A stretch of 64,000 nt of DNA, from positions 6,120-70,119 of the forward strand of contig PLZS01000038.1 of the NCBI GenBank assembly GCA_003153555.1. The letters run 5' to 3'. A model generated the notes under the pieces. That model did not search any database. It was not told the origin of the DNA and was given only the letters and a program-made list of their open reading frames with translations. This document shows, in pieces, positions 26,520 to 34,720 of this stretch. Origin of the DNA: Candidatus Melainabacteria bacterium. Its GTDB lineage: Bacteria > Cyanobacteriota > Vampirovibrionia > Obscuribacterales > Obscuribacteraceae. The position numbers were made by a program, and so were the translations under genes. Within the stretch, counting starts at the first letter, position 1. Each line of letters starts with the position of its first letter.

Positions 26520-27422
26520 CTACGGACCTTCGTGGCCGGGGCTAGGACCAGGACCGGGACCGGGACCAGGACCGGGACCAGGACCAGGACCGGGACCAGG
26601 ACCGGGCCCAGGACCGGGCCCAGGACCGGGCCCAGGACCAGGACCAGGCCCGGGCCCAGGACCAGGACCAGGCCCAGGACCGGGCCCAGGCCCAGGACCG
26701 GGCCCAGGACCGGGTCCTGGCCCACTAGGCGGAGGGCAGGTCGGAGGCGGGTTGTTGCACAGACCTGGCACCTCTGATGGTTGTCCGAACAAAACCTGTT
26801 GATGCTCACGATCGAAGACATCATCAGGCACAGACGACTGCAAATTTAGAATCGGATAGAGATAACTGCTTTCAAAAGTAAGAGAGCCGTTACCGTTGTC
26901 TCCGGTAAACTGAGCGCCACCAAAAAAGAAGATCGGTGCGGGTAACGACACCTGCAAGCGGGTTGCAATGAAGACCGTCGGTTGATTATCAGGATCAATT
27001 GGATTTGCTGATCCGAATGGTTTGACACCATTGTAGATAAATTTCGACACCGTTAAATTCTTGATGAACTGACCATCGACCCTTTGATGGGCTGTGAGCG
27101 CATTCGTCGCTGCGGCTTGTGCTTTACTCGGCGGTGCGATCCCAGCGGCCCTCGCCGCATCTCGGCACGCCTCATTGTTGACACCATTGGCAATTATTAG
27201 AACCGCAACGTCAGCACAAAGCAACGTCAGCACAATAAAGAAAAACGAGCCTACAGCCAGCTCCACTGCTGACATACCTCGACTCCGACTCGCAAGTTGA
27301 TTTGAAGCACTCGGGACGAGTGCGCTCCATTTCGTTTTTAAGGTGCGAGATCTCGAAGCACTAGCTCCGAGTGCGCTCCATTTCGTTTTAGAAGTGTGTG
27401 CTTTTGCTTTCATGCTATTCAA
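26520..27422 (-). CDS. TadE-like pseudopilin with proline-rich (GP)30 C-terminal tail
   Basis: Prepilin-like junction SRG|MSAVELAVGSFFFIVLTLL, with Glu at +5 and a hydrophobic helix. The C-terminus reads CNNPPPTCPPPS(GP)nSPGHEGP. The start overlaps the tadG-like stop by 8 nt. Confidence 0.7.
   Translation of the reverse strand: MNSMKAKAHTSKTKWSALGASASRSRTLKTKWSALVPSASNQLASRSRGMSAVELAVGSFFFIVLTLLCADVAVLIIANGVNNEACRDAARAAGIAPPSKAQAAATNALTAHQRVDGQFIKNLTVSKFIYNGVKPFGSANPIDPDNQPTVFIATRLQVSLPAPIFFFGGAQFTGDNGNGSLTFESSYLYPILNLQSSVPDDVFDREHQQVLFGQPSEVPGLCNNPPPTCPPPSGPGPGPGPGPGPGPGPGPGPGPGPGPGPGPGPGPGPGPGPGPGPGPGPGPGPGPGPGPGPSPGHEGP
26545..26724 (-). repeat. 30 tandem hexanucleotides (GGNCCN) encoding Gly-Pro dipeptides
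   Basis: Counted directly: ggacca/ggaccg/ggccca/ggcccg/ggtcct units, 180 nt, in frame with 26520..27422. Synonymous positions vary between units. Confidence 0.95.
27304..27390 (-). repeat. 51-nt-period tandem duplication inside the pseudopilin leader
   Basis: gaagcactcgggacgagtgcgctccatttcgttttta and gaagcactagctccgagtgcgctccatttcgtttta. At protein level, KTKWSAL..SASRSR occurs twice. Confidence 0.7.
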
Positions 27423-29736
27423 TCAACTGCACAAGACTTCTTGAGACCTGTAAGAATGCCTGACTAATCGCGTTCACCTGTCCGCCACCAGGGGCGATGA
27501 TGCTGTTCTTATTGACGGCAAAGAAACGGGCACCATTTCCGGACAGTTTAGCAAGACCTATGTTTGCCGGCGGTATTGTAAATTCGTCACCTAAAAATGG
27601 CACTTGAAGGTTTTCCACAGTCAGATTCTGCCCAACACCGATTGTGTAAATCGGCACACCATCAGTGTTCGCACGACCTGCTTCCAGTCGTGACTGCGAT
27701 TGAGCCAGTGCTAAGTCTGAGGTGCCATCTTTGGCGCGAGTGGCAATTCCATCTGTAATCAAAATAACGCATTGCCTGGCATATGCTTTGCGAGGACTGG
27801 CGCTCATAATATCCAACGCATCTTCGAGAGCCTTCGCGACGTTCGTTGCCCTTAGTGGCACCAAATAATTTTCAAAGACATCGTTCATGGTCAAGTCAGG
27901 TTTATTACTGTCAGTTGGATCTGGCACCAAATCCACTTGTGGATCTTTCAACGGAGTCAACGGCATCCGCAAAATCGGGTACTTCTTGGAACCAGGAGGT
28001 GGTGAGGGGTAATTCGGTGAGCTCGTATTGATATCGACAGGGCAGATGACAGGCTGATTGTAGGCAATATCCGGCAGTGCAATGTTGGTAACACTTGGAG
28101 TGCCTTGGGCTGCGAAAGTCTCAAAGGCAACCAATCCGAAATTGACGTCGGCACCAGCTCCGTTCAAAGCAAGATAGAAATTTTCCAGAGCGTCGACAGT
28201 GCAGGCAATCGGCTGACTGTAAAAACCAACCATTTCAAAATAGGCAGATTGATAGCCATCTTTGCCCTGGGTAGGTAATTCTCCCGCGGCGATATTGTTT
28301 TTGAATACCGTGTTTCTTAGCTGATTGAAACGAGATATTTCGAGGTTTCCTCGTTCCGCTTCAACCAAATAAGCGATGCCATCAAAGGTATAAGACTGCC
28401 CTTTGAATGGTTCGCGCTTTTTGACGTATGTAAATCGATTCGGTCCCGCCCCAGGAATTGCGGTCTGCGGTAAAGACAAACCAAATATCGGTTGAGCAGG
28501 GTTAACGTTGATTTGATTGTCTAGTTTGACGATCAAATCCGTAAATCCAGATGGCGCGTTAGGACAAGCGCAGCCATAATTTGATGGATATCCAGGTCCA
28601 AGGTTTCCGCCGCACGGAAAATTACCAGGATCTGCACCTGGATTTGTGCCACCACTTTCCTGGTATGCACGCTCGGCATAATTAAATGTGGGCAAATTTG
28701 GATTGGCTGGTGGCATAAACTGTCTTTGCCAGTTCACTAGATTCAAATTTTGCGGATATCGAGTGTTTACAGGCAAACCATCTGGAGACAAGGGATTGAA
28801 CAAACAATCCGCAAGAGTGCCGTTTTGCACTTGCCCATATTCCAGCTTGCCTTTCTGATCGGCGAGATTCGTCCTCAATGTTTTATATTGGATCCACTTC
28901 GCGCTGGCCGTGGCATAGTATCCAGCGCAAACGTTTGGATCATAATTAGGACTACCGATATATGACTGCAAAGTCTGCAACGACGCCAAATAAATGTTAT
29001 AAGAATCGTTGATCTGATTGCGTTCTGGCTCAGGAATTGTGAATCTGCGGTTGACGAAAGAGACGCGCGTCGAATCATCCATCGAACCAGACACATCGAA
29101 GCACACCACCACATCTAATACCGGCACACCAGCTGTCGCTCTGCTCACGATTGGCACGAGAGAACCAAGTCCAAGAAACTTCGAGAAAGCGGGCCGAGCT
29201 GTGAACTGAGCGGAAACTCGCACCGCTTTGGCTCGATCTGAAGTTGGATCCACGACTTGAAGGTTGCCCGGATCAACCGTTTCAACTTTATATGTGCAAT
29301 CGCCAGGCTGAGTACCCAGGCTGAGGGTGCCCGCTCGTCCAACATTTGTTGCAGTCCGCAAAGTGCTTCCAAGCACGTCGTTCAATTGCGCATTAGTTTG
29401 TTGAAACGTACTCTTAAAGGCGTTTTCTGCAGCCTTTGTCGCTTCGTTGAAACGCAACACTCTATCTTGTTTGCGCTGATATCGCGACGTAACAAGCATC
29501 GCCGCTCCGGCAAGAGCAGCTGAATCACAGTTGGCATTGAGCTGATTCACACCGTGCTGGTAGCGCGCAATTTCAAAGGAGAAAATTCCGATCAACGGAA
29601 TAATAATCAAGCCAACTAAAATACTCAGCGCAACAACGCCTTGCCCGACAGTTTTTCGTGATTGAGATCTGATTATCATGATGCTCGCGCTGACTATCGA
29701 CAATAATTGCCCCATAATACGGAGCGTTCGTGACAT
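27415..29736 (-). CDS. TadG-like pilus-assembly protein with von Willebrand factor A domain
   Basis: Tad N-terminal region GQGVVALSILVGLIIIPLIGIFSFEIARY...CDSAALAGA. MIDAS VVVCFDVSGSMDD and a distal ILITDG motif. Confidence 0.8.
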   Translation of the reverse strand: MSRTLRIMGQLLSIVSASIMIIRSQSRKTVGQGVVALSILVGLIIIPLIGIFSFEIARYQHGVNQLNANCDSAALAGAAMLVTSRYQRKQDRVLRFNEATKAAENAFKSTFQQTNAQLNDVLGSTLRTATNVGRAGTLSLGTQPGDCTYKVETVDPGNLQVVDPTSDRAKAVRVSAQFTARPAFSKFLGLGSLVPIVSRATAGVPVLDVVVCFDVSGSMDDSTRVSFVNRRFTIPEPERNQINDSYNIYLASLQTLQSYIGSPNYDPNVCAGYYATASAKWIQYKTLRTNLADQKGKLEYGQVQNGTLADCLFNPLSPDGLPVNTRYPQNLNLVNWQRQFMPPANPNLPTFNYAERAYQESGGTNPGADPGNFPCGGNLGPGYPSNYGCACPNAPSGFTDLIVKLDNQINVNPAQPIFGLSLPQTAIPGAGPNRFTYVKKREPFKGQSYTFDGIAYLVEAERGNLEISRFNQLRNTVFKNNIAAGELPTQGKDGYQSAYFEMVGFYSQPIACTVDALENFYLALNGAGADVNFGLVAFETFAAQGTPSVTNIALPDIAYNQPVICPVDINTSSPNYPSPPPGSKKYPILRMPLTPLKDPQVDLVPDPTDSNKPDLTMNDVFENYLVPLRATNVAKALEDALDIMSASPRKAYARQCVILITDGIATRAKDGTSDLALAQSQSRLEAGRANTDGVPIYTIGVGQNLTVENLQVPFLGDEFTIPPANIGLAKLSGNGARFFAVNKNSIIAPGGGQVNAISQAFLQVSRSLVQLIE

Positions 29737-29875
29737 ATTTCCTTCAGAGCGGCAGATTACCGAAGTTTAATCCGCTCCAAAATCAATGTCAACCTCACAA
29801 TGGAGTTACGGCAACGGTATCAGGAATTAACTCCTGCATGCACGTTCTGCATGCCCGTACTTTCCGGCAAAACGA

Positions 29876-30493
29876 ATGACCAAACCGAACTGGATGAAAA
29901 TACTAGCAATCTCCTGTTTGATCGCCTGGTTTTTGGCAATCAGCCTGGTCAATTTGCTGAATAAAAAGACTCCTCCTAAACTGATGACTGCCGACACTCG
30001 TTGGTCGAAGTTGGCTGCAGAACAGGCGAAGCTCGAGTCGCAGACCAGCACACTAACTGAGCAAAACATTGATTCAGCACGCCGGTTGGTATCAAATTAC
30101 TCACAACAAAATCAATTTGAGAAAGCTGAAGCGCTGGCAGAAAAGGTTTCGAATCTATCTGGTAATAATTCATTGAACGACCTTGAAACACTTGCCGCTG
30201 TCGAAAGACAAAAAGGTGATTACAAGAAGAGCATCCATTTTCTTGAAACCATTGCCGCGCTTGATCAACACGATGTATCAAGATCAGCACGAGACCAAAT
30301 CAACCTGGGGACAATGCACTATTTAAGTGGACTTTCGCTGGAGAATGTAGCAGAGAGAAAATCTAGTTTTCTTAAGGCGGAGGAATGTTTCACTAGTGCA
30401 GAGAAGCAGTTACCATCAGGTTCCGAGAAGACGGCGCAGTATATTGCGCTGAGACAGAATAAAGCTTTGAACGAGCGAGAACTGAGAAAATAA
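29876..30493 (+). CDS. membrane-anchored helical-repeat (TPR-like) protein
   Basis: N-terminal TM helix (ILAISCLIAWFLAISLVNLL), then a helical region. It is wedged convergently, with zero spacing, against the tadE-like gene. Confidence 0.45.
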   Translation: MTKPNWMKILAISCLIAWFLAISLVNLLNKKTPPKLMTADTRWSKLAAEQAKLESQTSTLTEQNIDSARRLVSNYSQQNQFEKAEALAEKVSNLSGNNSLNDLETLAAVERQKGDYKKSIHFLETIAALDQHDVSRSARDQINLGTMHYLSGLSLENVAERKSSFLKAEECFTSAEKQLPSGSEKTAQYIALRQNKALNERELRK

Positions 30494-31063
30494 TTACAAC
30501 ATCAAACCCTTGGGATTTTCAAACACACGTTGTCCGTGGATTGCTAGCGGAAACGGTGCGGTCAGTCCAGGGATGTCGCCGAGCCAGCCGCCTTTGTAGC
30601 TGAGAAGTGGGTCTGTTTCAGCTCTTACAAGTACATCAATGTAATAGGTGTGTCCGTCTTGAGGACGTGAAGTTAGTGGTGCATACGTTGGGCCAACTTT
30701 GGCGCCACTTGCGTTGTCGATGTCGACAATGCCGGTTTTGACATCAATCACGCGAGCGCCACTGAATGAGTTCAGGTAGCGGTTAACTTCGGTACGGGCT
30801 ACAAATTCGGCTGGTACGTTGTTCGCCAAAGTTCCGGCTGGTACGTTGGCGGCAACTCTGTAGGTCAGTGCCTTGCACGCTCTTTCCGATCCCACCTTCG
30901 CGGAGTTCATCACGAAGCAAGCACGCATGCCCATGGCGCCGAGGTTCATAAGCGGAAAGGTTAGGAAAATGAAGAAGACTGCGAGTAACATCGCTGATTC
31001 GGCCAACGCTTGACCACGACAAGACCGCATTCCGAGCTTTGCTTGGGAATTCATTTTAGCCAC
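30494..31063 (-). CDS. TadE-like pseudopilin
   Basis: MRSCRG|QALAESAMLLAVFFIFLTFPLMNLG: Gly cleavage context, Glu at +5, hydrophobic helix. Confidence 0.7.
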   Translation of the reverse strand: MAKMNSQAKLGMRSCRGQALAESAMLLAVFFIFLTFPLMNLGAMGMRACFVMNSAKVGSERACKALTYRVAANVPAGTLANNVPAEFVARTEVNRYLNSFSGARVIDVKTGIVDIDNASGAKVGPTYAPLTSRPQDGHTYYIDVLVRAETDPLLSYKGGWLGDIPGLTAPFPLAIHGQRVFENPKGLML

Positions 31064-31195
31064 CGGCTGTTCTTTAGGGATGCAATCATGGTACCTGTGT
31101 TTCGTGACAATCTCGTGGGAATCCTGTGAGATCCTTGTGACACTGTAAGGTTTCTATTTGGCAAATAGAGTTCATCAAGTTGGCATTTCTGTGAC

Positions 31196-31387
31196 ATGCC
31201 TATTAGATGGTTGTTTTGCACTGAACTGATGAAAGAGTTTTACAAAAATCTTTGGAATAAGACGAGTCCCAGGCCTCCCGCTTTGGCTCTAACGGAAGCA
31301 CAACAAGCGGTTCGGACATATCAGGGCGGCAAGTGGGAACACCCTTATTATTGGGCTGGATGGATCTTCGATGGAGCAGGCTGGTAG
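31196..31387 (+). pseudogene. C-terminal remnant of a CHAT-domain protein
   Basis: ELMKEFYKNLW...ALALTEAQQAVRTYQGGKWEHPYYWAGWIFDG is the characteristic extreme C-terminus of CHAT (caspase-like) proteins. Only 63 codons are present. Confidence 0.5.
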
Positions 31388-31402
31388 ACCAAGTGCATCT
31401 CG

Positions 31403-32080
31403 CTACCAATCGAAAGCGGCTTCTTCTTCCTCTGACTCAGGCTCAAATTCCGAATCAGATTCTGAATATTCGCCATGCTCGCGAACCAAACCGGATCCGT
31501 CTTCTCGCCTCGGCCAATCTACTCCTTCATAAATCGCATCGAGAGACATTTCCAGTGCTCCGGAGGGAATTGATTCTAGTTTTATCTTTCCGCTCACCAC
31601 CGGTTCGAAAATATCCCAGTGCTGTTCGTGGTTTTTACGATGCAGCTGAACCATTTGCTTTTTTTGATGTGCTAAAAGATATTCTTGAACCGACTCAATC
31701 TGCCTGTAGGCGACAAGCTTCTCACGTCGATCAATTACAGCAGTAGAAGGAGATAAGACCTCAACGATGAGCACTGGATTGGTTGCGAAAAGGTCTGTGC
31801 CTTTGAAGGCGCCACATGCCACTACAACGTCAGGATAGTAAATGCTGTTAGCTTTTACGACGCTAACCTTCACGTCATTCGTGTACGCTCTACACGGACC
31901 ACCCTGGAGATGCGCCCGCAAGGCGCAATAAATGTTGCCGATAATGAGCGTGTGTCTTACTGTCGCCCCGGTCATGGCAAACGTTTGTCCATCCACGTAC
32001 TCATGGCGCACGGACGCGTGCTCTTCCTGAGCCAAGTATTCGTCAATGGTTAAGAACAATCTCTTAGTAGTAGTAGACAT
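31403..32080 (-). CDS. Uma2-family (DUF820) PD-(D/E)xK-like endonuclease with acidic tail
   Basis: EYVDGQTFAMTG.T..H, YYPDVVV and IVEVLSPSTAVIDRREKLVAYRQIESVQEYLL. The tail reads SESDSEFEPESEEEEAAFDW. Start placed at MSTTTKRL; the ORF extends to 32152. Confidence 0.8.
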   Translation of the reverse strand: MSTTTKRLFLTIDEYLAQEEHASVRHEYVDGQTFAMTGATVRHTLIIGNIYCALRAHLQGGPCRAYTNDVKVSVVKANSIYYPDVVVACGAFKGTDLFATNPVLIVEVLSPSTAVIDRREKLVAYRQIESVQEYLLAHQKKQMVQLHRKNHEQHWDIFEPVVSGKIKLESIPSGALEMSLDAIYEGVDWPRREDGSGLVREHGEYSESDSEFEPESEEEEAAFDW

Positions 32081-32176
32081 ACGAGCGCCCCTGAGTCCCA
32101 AGTAACTATTATACGCCCAAGGCGCTAATGGATAAATCCGTCTATCTGGCATAATAGCTGGCCAGGAGAATACAGC

Positions 32177-32866
32177 ATGCCCAAAGTTTTATTGGCAGAC
32201 GACAATGTCGAATTATCGGAAATGGTGGCCCGCTATTTGAAGTTCGAGCACTACACAGTTGAAGTAGTGGACAATGGAGACTCAGCGCTTGAACTGTTGA
32301 GCACATGTGACTTCGATCTGGCCATATTAGATTGGGAGATGCCTGGCAAGAGTGGAGTCGAGGTTTGTCAAAGCCATCGACAGCGTGGCGGCACTACACC
32401 CATTTTAATGCTGACAGGAAAAAATGAAATCGACGATAAATTGTTTGGGTTAGACTCTGGCGCTGATGATTACTTAACAAAACCATTTCACGTCCAAGAA
32501 CTGATCGCTCGTCTACGAGCACTCCTTCGCAGGAGTCCGCTTACAGCAAGTCCAATATTCAAATTGGGAAATCTATCGCTCGATTCAGAAAGTTATAGAG
32601 TGCTAGTTGATGCCAAAGATCTAAAACTGATTCCAAAAGAGTTTGGCATTCTGGAAACTTTATTGAAAAAATCAGGGAAGGTCTTCAGCACAGACGAACT
32701 GTTGAACAAGGTTTGGGTGGCAAATGAAGTTGCCTCGGCCGAGAGTGTTCGCACGCACATAAAAAATCTGCGACAGAAATTAAGCAAGGCCGGTTGTAAT
32801 GTTGAAGTGGAGACTTTGCACGGAATTGGCTATAAAGTGACTGAAAAGGTTGTTGACGCGAAGTGA
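32177..32866 (+). CDS. OmpR-family response regulator
   Basis: Receiver domain (DLAILDWEMPGKSG, LTGK) plus a winged-helix output (LIPKEFGILETLLK). Confidence 0.9.
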   Translation: MPKVLLADDNVELSEMVARYLKFEHYTVEVVDNGDSALELLSTCDFDLAILDWEMPGKSGVEVCQSHRQRGGTTPILMLTGKNEIDDKLFGLDSGADDYLTKPFHVQELIARLRALLRRSPLTASPIFKLGNLSLDSESYRVLVDAKDLKLIPKEFGILETLLKKSGKVFSTDELLNKVWVANEVASAESVRTHIKNLRQKLSKAGCNVEVETLHGIGYKVTEKVVDAK

Positions 32867-32926
32867 CAATTAGGCGCTAACCAGGGAGCGGATAACCCGG
32901 AAGCGGCAGAATCTGGGAGCGCCGCA

Positions 32927-34717
32927 CTAGCGCGGTATTCGAAACCAAAAAACACTTCCCTTACCGAGTTCGCTTTGCACGCCGATTTCGCCATGGTGCG
33001 CATTAATAATCGCTTTGCAAATTGGCAGCCCTAGCCCGGTGCTTTTCACTTTATGCACGCTGCGAACACTGGTCTGTTTGTATTTTTCAAATATCGCACT
33101 CTGATCCTCCAGTGGCACTCCCGGCCCACAATCGATTATTTTTACCGTCACTTCGTTAGGCAAGTGTTCCATGCTCACAGACACAGTTTGGAGGCTGGGC
33201 GAAAACTTGATGGCATTAGATAGCAAATTGACCATGACCCGCACGAGGCGCTCTTTATCTCCAGAGATTGGTTCTCTCCCATTATGTTCAAAATGGATTG
33301 CAACCTGGTGCTTCTCAGCAAATGGACTGACTGCATCAATAGACTCTTGAACAAGTGATACCAGTTCAACCTCTCTCAAGTCTAATTTCATTTCCCCTGC
33401 TTGAATTTTTTCATAATCAAGTAAATCGTTGACCAGATCCATCACTCGCCTCATGCTCGTATCAGCAATCGTTAGACTTCTGTGCCCTTCATCATTGAGA
33501 TCGCCTAACATCGACTTGCTCAACATGTCATGAAAAACTTGAACACAAGAGAGCGGCGTGCGGAGGTCGTGGGTAACCATGGTGACAAATTCATCGCGCA
33601 ATTTCTCCAGAGCTCTTTGCTCACTGATGTCGTGAACAACGCAGAAAATCGCCTGCTCATGTGCAGACCATGATATAGACCAGTTTGTCGATATGCGCGA
33701 CTCGTCCTTCCTGACGATTGAACAATCCATTGAAATTGGAGTCTCGCTTTTGATCGCCAGGTTCAGAGCCCGAAGTTTAGTTTCACGTTCGTCGGCAGAT
33801 AATAGAAGAATGAAGCGATTGCCGATCAGCTCTTCGGCTTTGTATCCCCAAGATTCTACGGAAGGGCTGACCGAAAGAAATCTTCCTTCAGCACTAATAG
33901 AGCAGATCACATCAACTGCGTTTTCCACAATCGCGCGTTCACGGTGAATCATTTCTCTCAGTTGCGCAGACACTTCGTGAAAGATTCGATCGAGATCAGC
34001 TATTTCATCTCGCCCCATAATCTCAGGATGGAGCTCCTGTCCGCTTGCAAGTCGAAGCGAATTTTCTGTGACGCGGTGAATTCTTTTCACAATACTGCGA
34101 CTGAAGAAAAACGCTAACAGCAACGTTAATAAAACATTGAACGAAGAAAATAGTGTGGTGAATGTCAGCAACCGTTGGCGTGAACTTTCTCGAACATCTA
34201 TCTTTCCGACAGACTGCATATGAGCATGCAGCTCGTCACTTGCTGCTTGCACATCATCGGCAGCCAAACGAACTTTTCGATAGGTATCGGCAGCTGTATA
34301 TTGCCGCAAGAACTGATTTTCATTTTCGAGTCCAACTCTTTCAGCATCAAATGCGGCCAATCCGTACTGCACTTTCGAATCAAAGCTTGTCACTCCACCC
34401 TTGACACCAAGTTCTTTAAGTCTATCGTCGAGTGACTTCAGATCCTTCTTTGTCTTGTCGGAAAGAGTCAGGTACCTGTCTTTGAACCAAGCATTGCTAG
34501 TTTGCGCATAACCACCAAGGGCAAAACCAGCGTCTGAAAATTCACGCACCAAAGTTTCAATTTTAGAAGTTACTTCGCTCTGCTTGTAGGAATTTGCTAA
34601 ATCCAATTCTGTTTGGCTCAGCATTTGCTCCAAAATCGCGACGGAAGTCAGCCCAAACAATAATGGTACGAGAACAAGGATGATTCCTTTATGCGTGAGA
34701 CCTAGTGTGAAATTCAT
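32927..34717 (-). CDS. sensor histidine kinase (TM, HAMP, PAS, HisKA, HATPase_c)
   Basis: H-box THDLRTPLS, N-box NLLSNAIKFSP, G-box STGLGLPICKAII. Confidence 0.9.
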   Translation of the reverse strand: MNFTLGLTHKGIILVLVPLLFGLTSVAILEQMLSQTELDLANSYKQSEVTSKIETLVREFSDAGFALGGYAQTSNAWFKDRYLTLSDKTKKDLKSLDDRLKELGVKGGVTSFDSKVQYGLAAFDAERVGLENENQFLRQYTAADTYRKVRLAADDVQAASDELHAHMQSVGKIDVRESSRQRLLTFTTLFSSFNVLLTLLLAFFFSRSIVKRIHRVTENSLRLASGQELHPEIMGRDEIADLDRIFHEVSAQLREMIHRERAIVENAVDVICSISAEGRFLSVSPSVESWGYKAEELIGNRFILLLSADERETKLRALNLAIKSETPISMDCSIVRKDESRISTNWSISWSAHEQAIFCVVHDISEQRALEKLRDEFVTMVTHDLRTPLSCVQVFHDMLSKSMLGDLNDEGHRSLTIADTSMRRVMDLVNDLLDYEKIQAGEMKLDLREVELVSLVQESIDAVSPFAEKHQVAIHFEHNGREPISGDKERLVRVMVNLLSNAIKFSPSLQTVSVSMEHLPNEVTVKIIDCGPGVPLEDQSAIFEKYKQTSVRSVHKVKSTGLGLPICKAIINAHHGEIGVQSELGKGSVFWFRIPR

Positions 34718-34720
34718 TTA

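Noticed and set aside
26545-26724. Could the hexamer array, or the 21-nt QTN arrays at 51252-54588, be CRISPR or another non-coding array?
   Set aside because: There are no spacers. The units are contiguous, in frame and translate to regular peptide repeats inside clear genes. No cas genes are present.
26387-26824. Three long ORFs across the GGNCCN repeat: poly-GP on plus, RTGT/RPRT on plus, and VLGP on minus.
   Set aside because: These are frame artefacts of the hexanucleotide repeat. Only the minus-strand frame that continues from the TadE-like body (26520..27422) makes biological sense.
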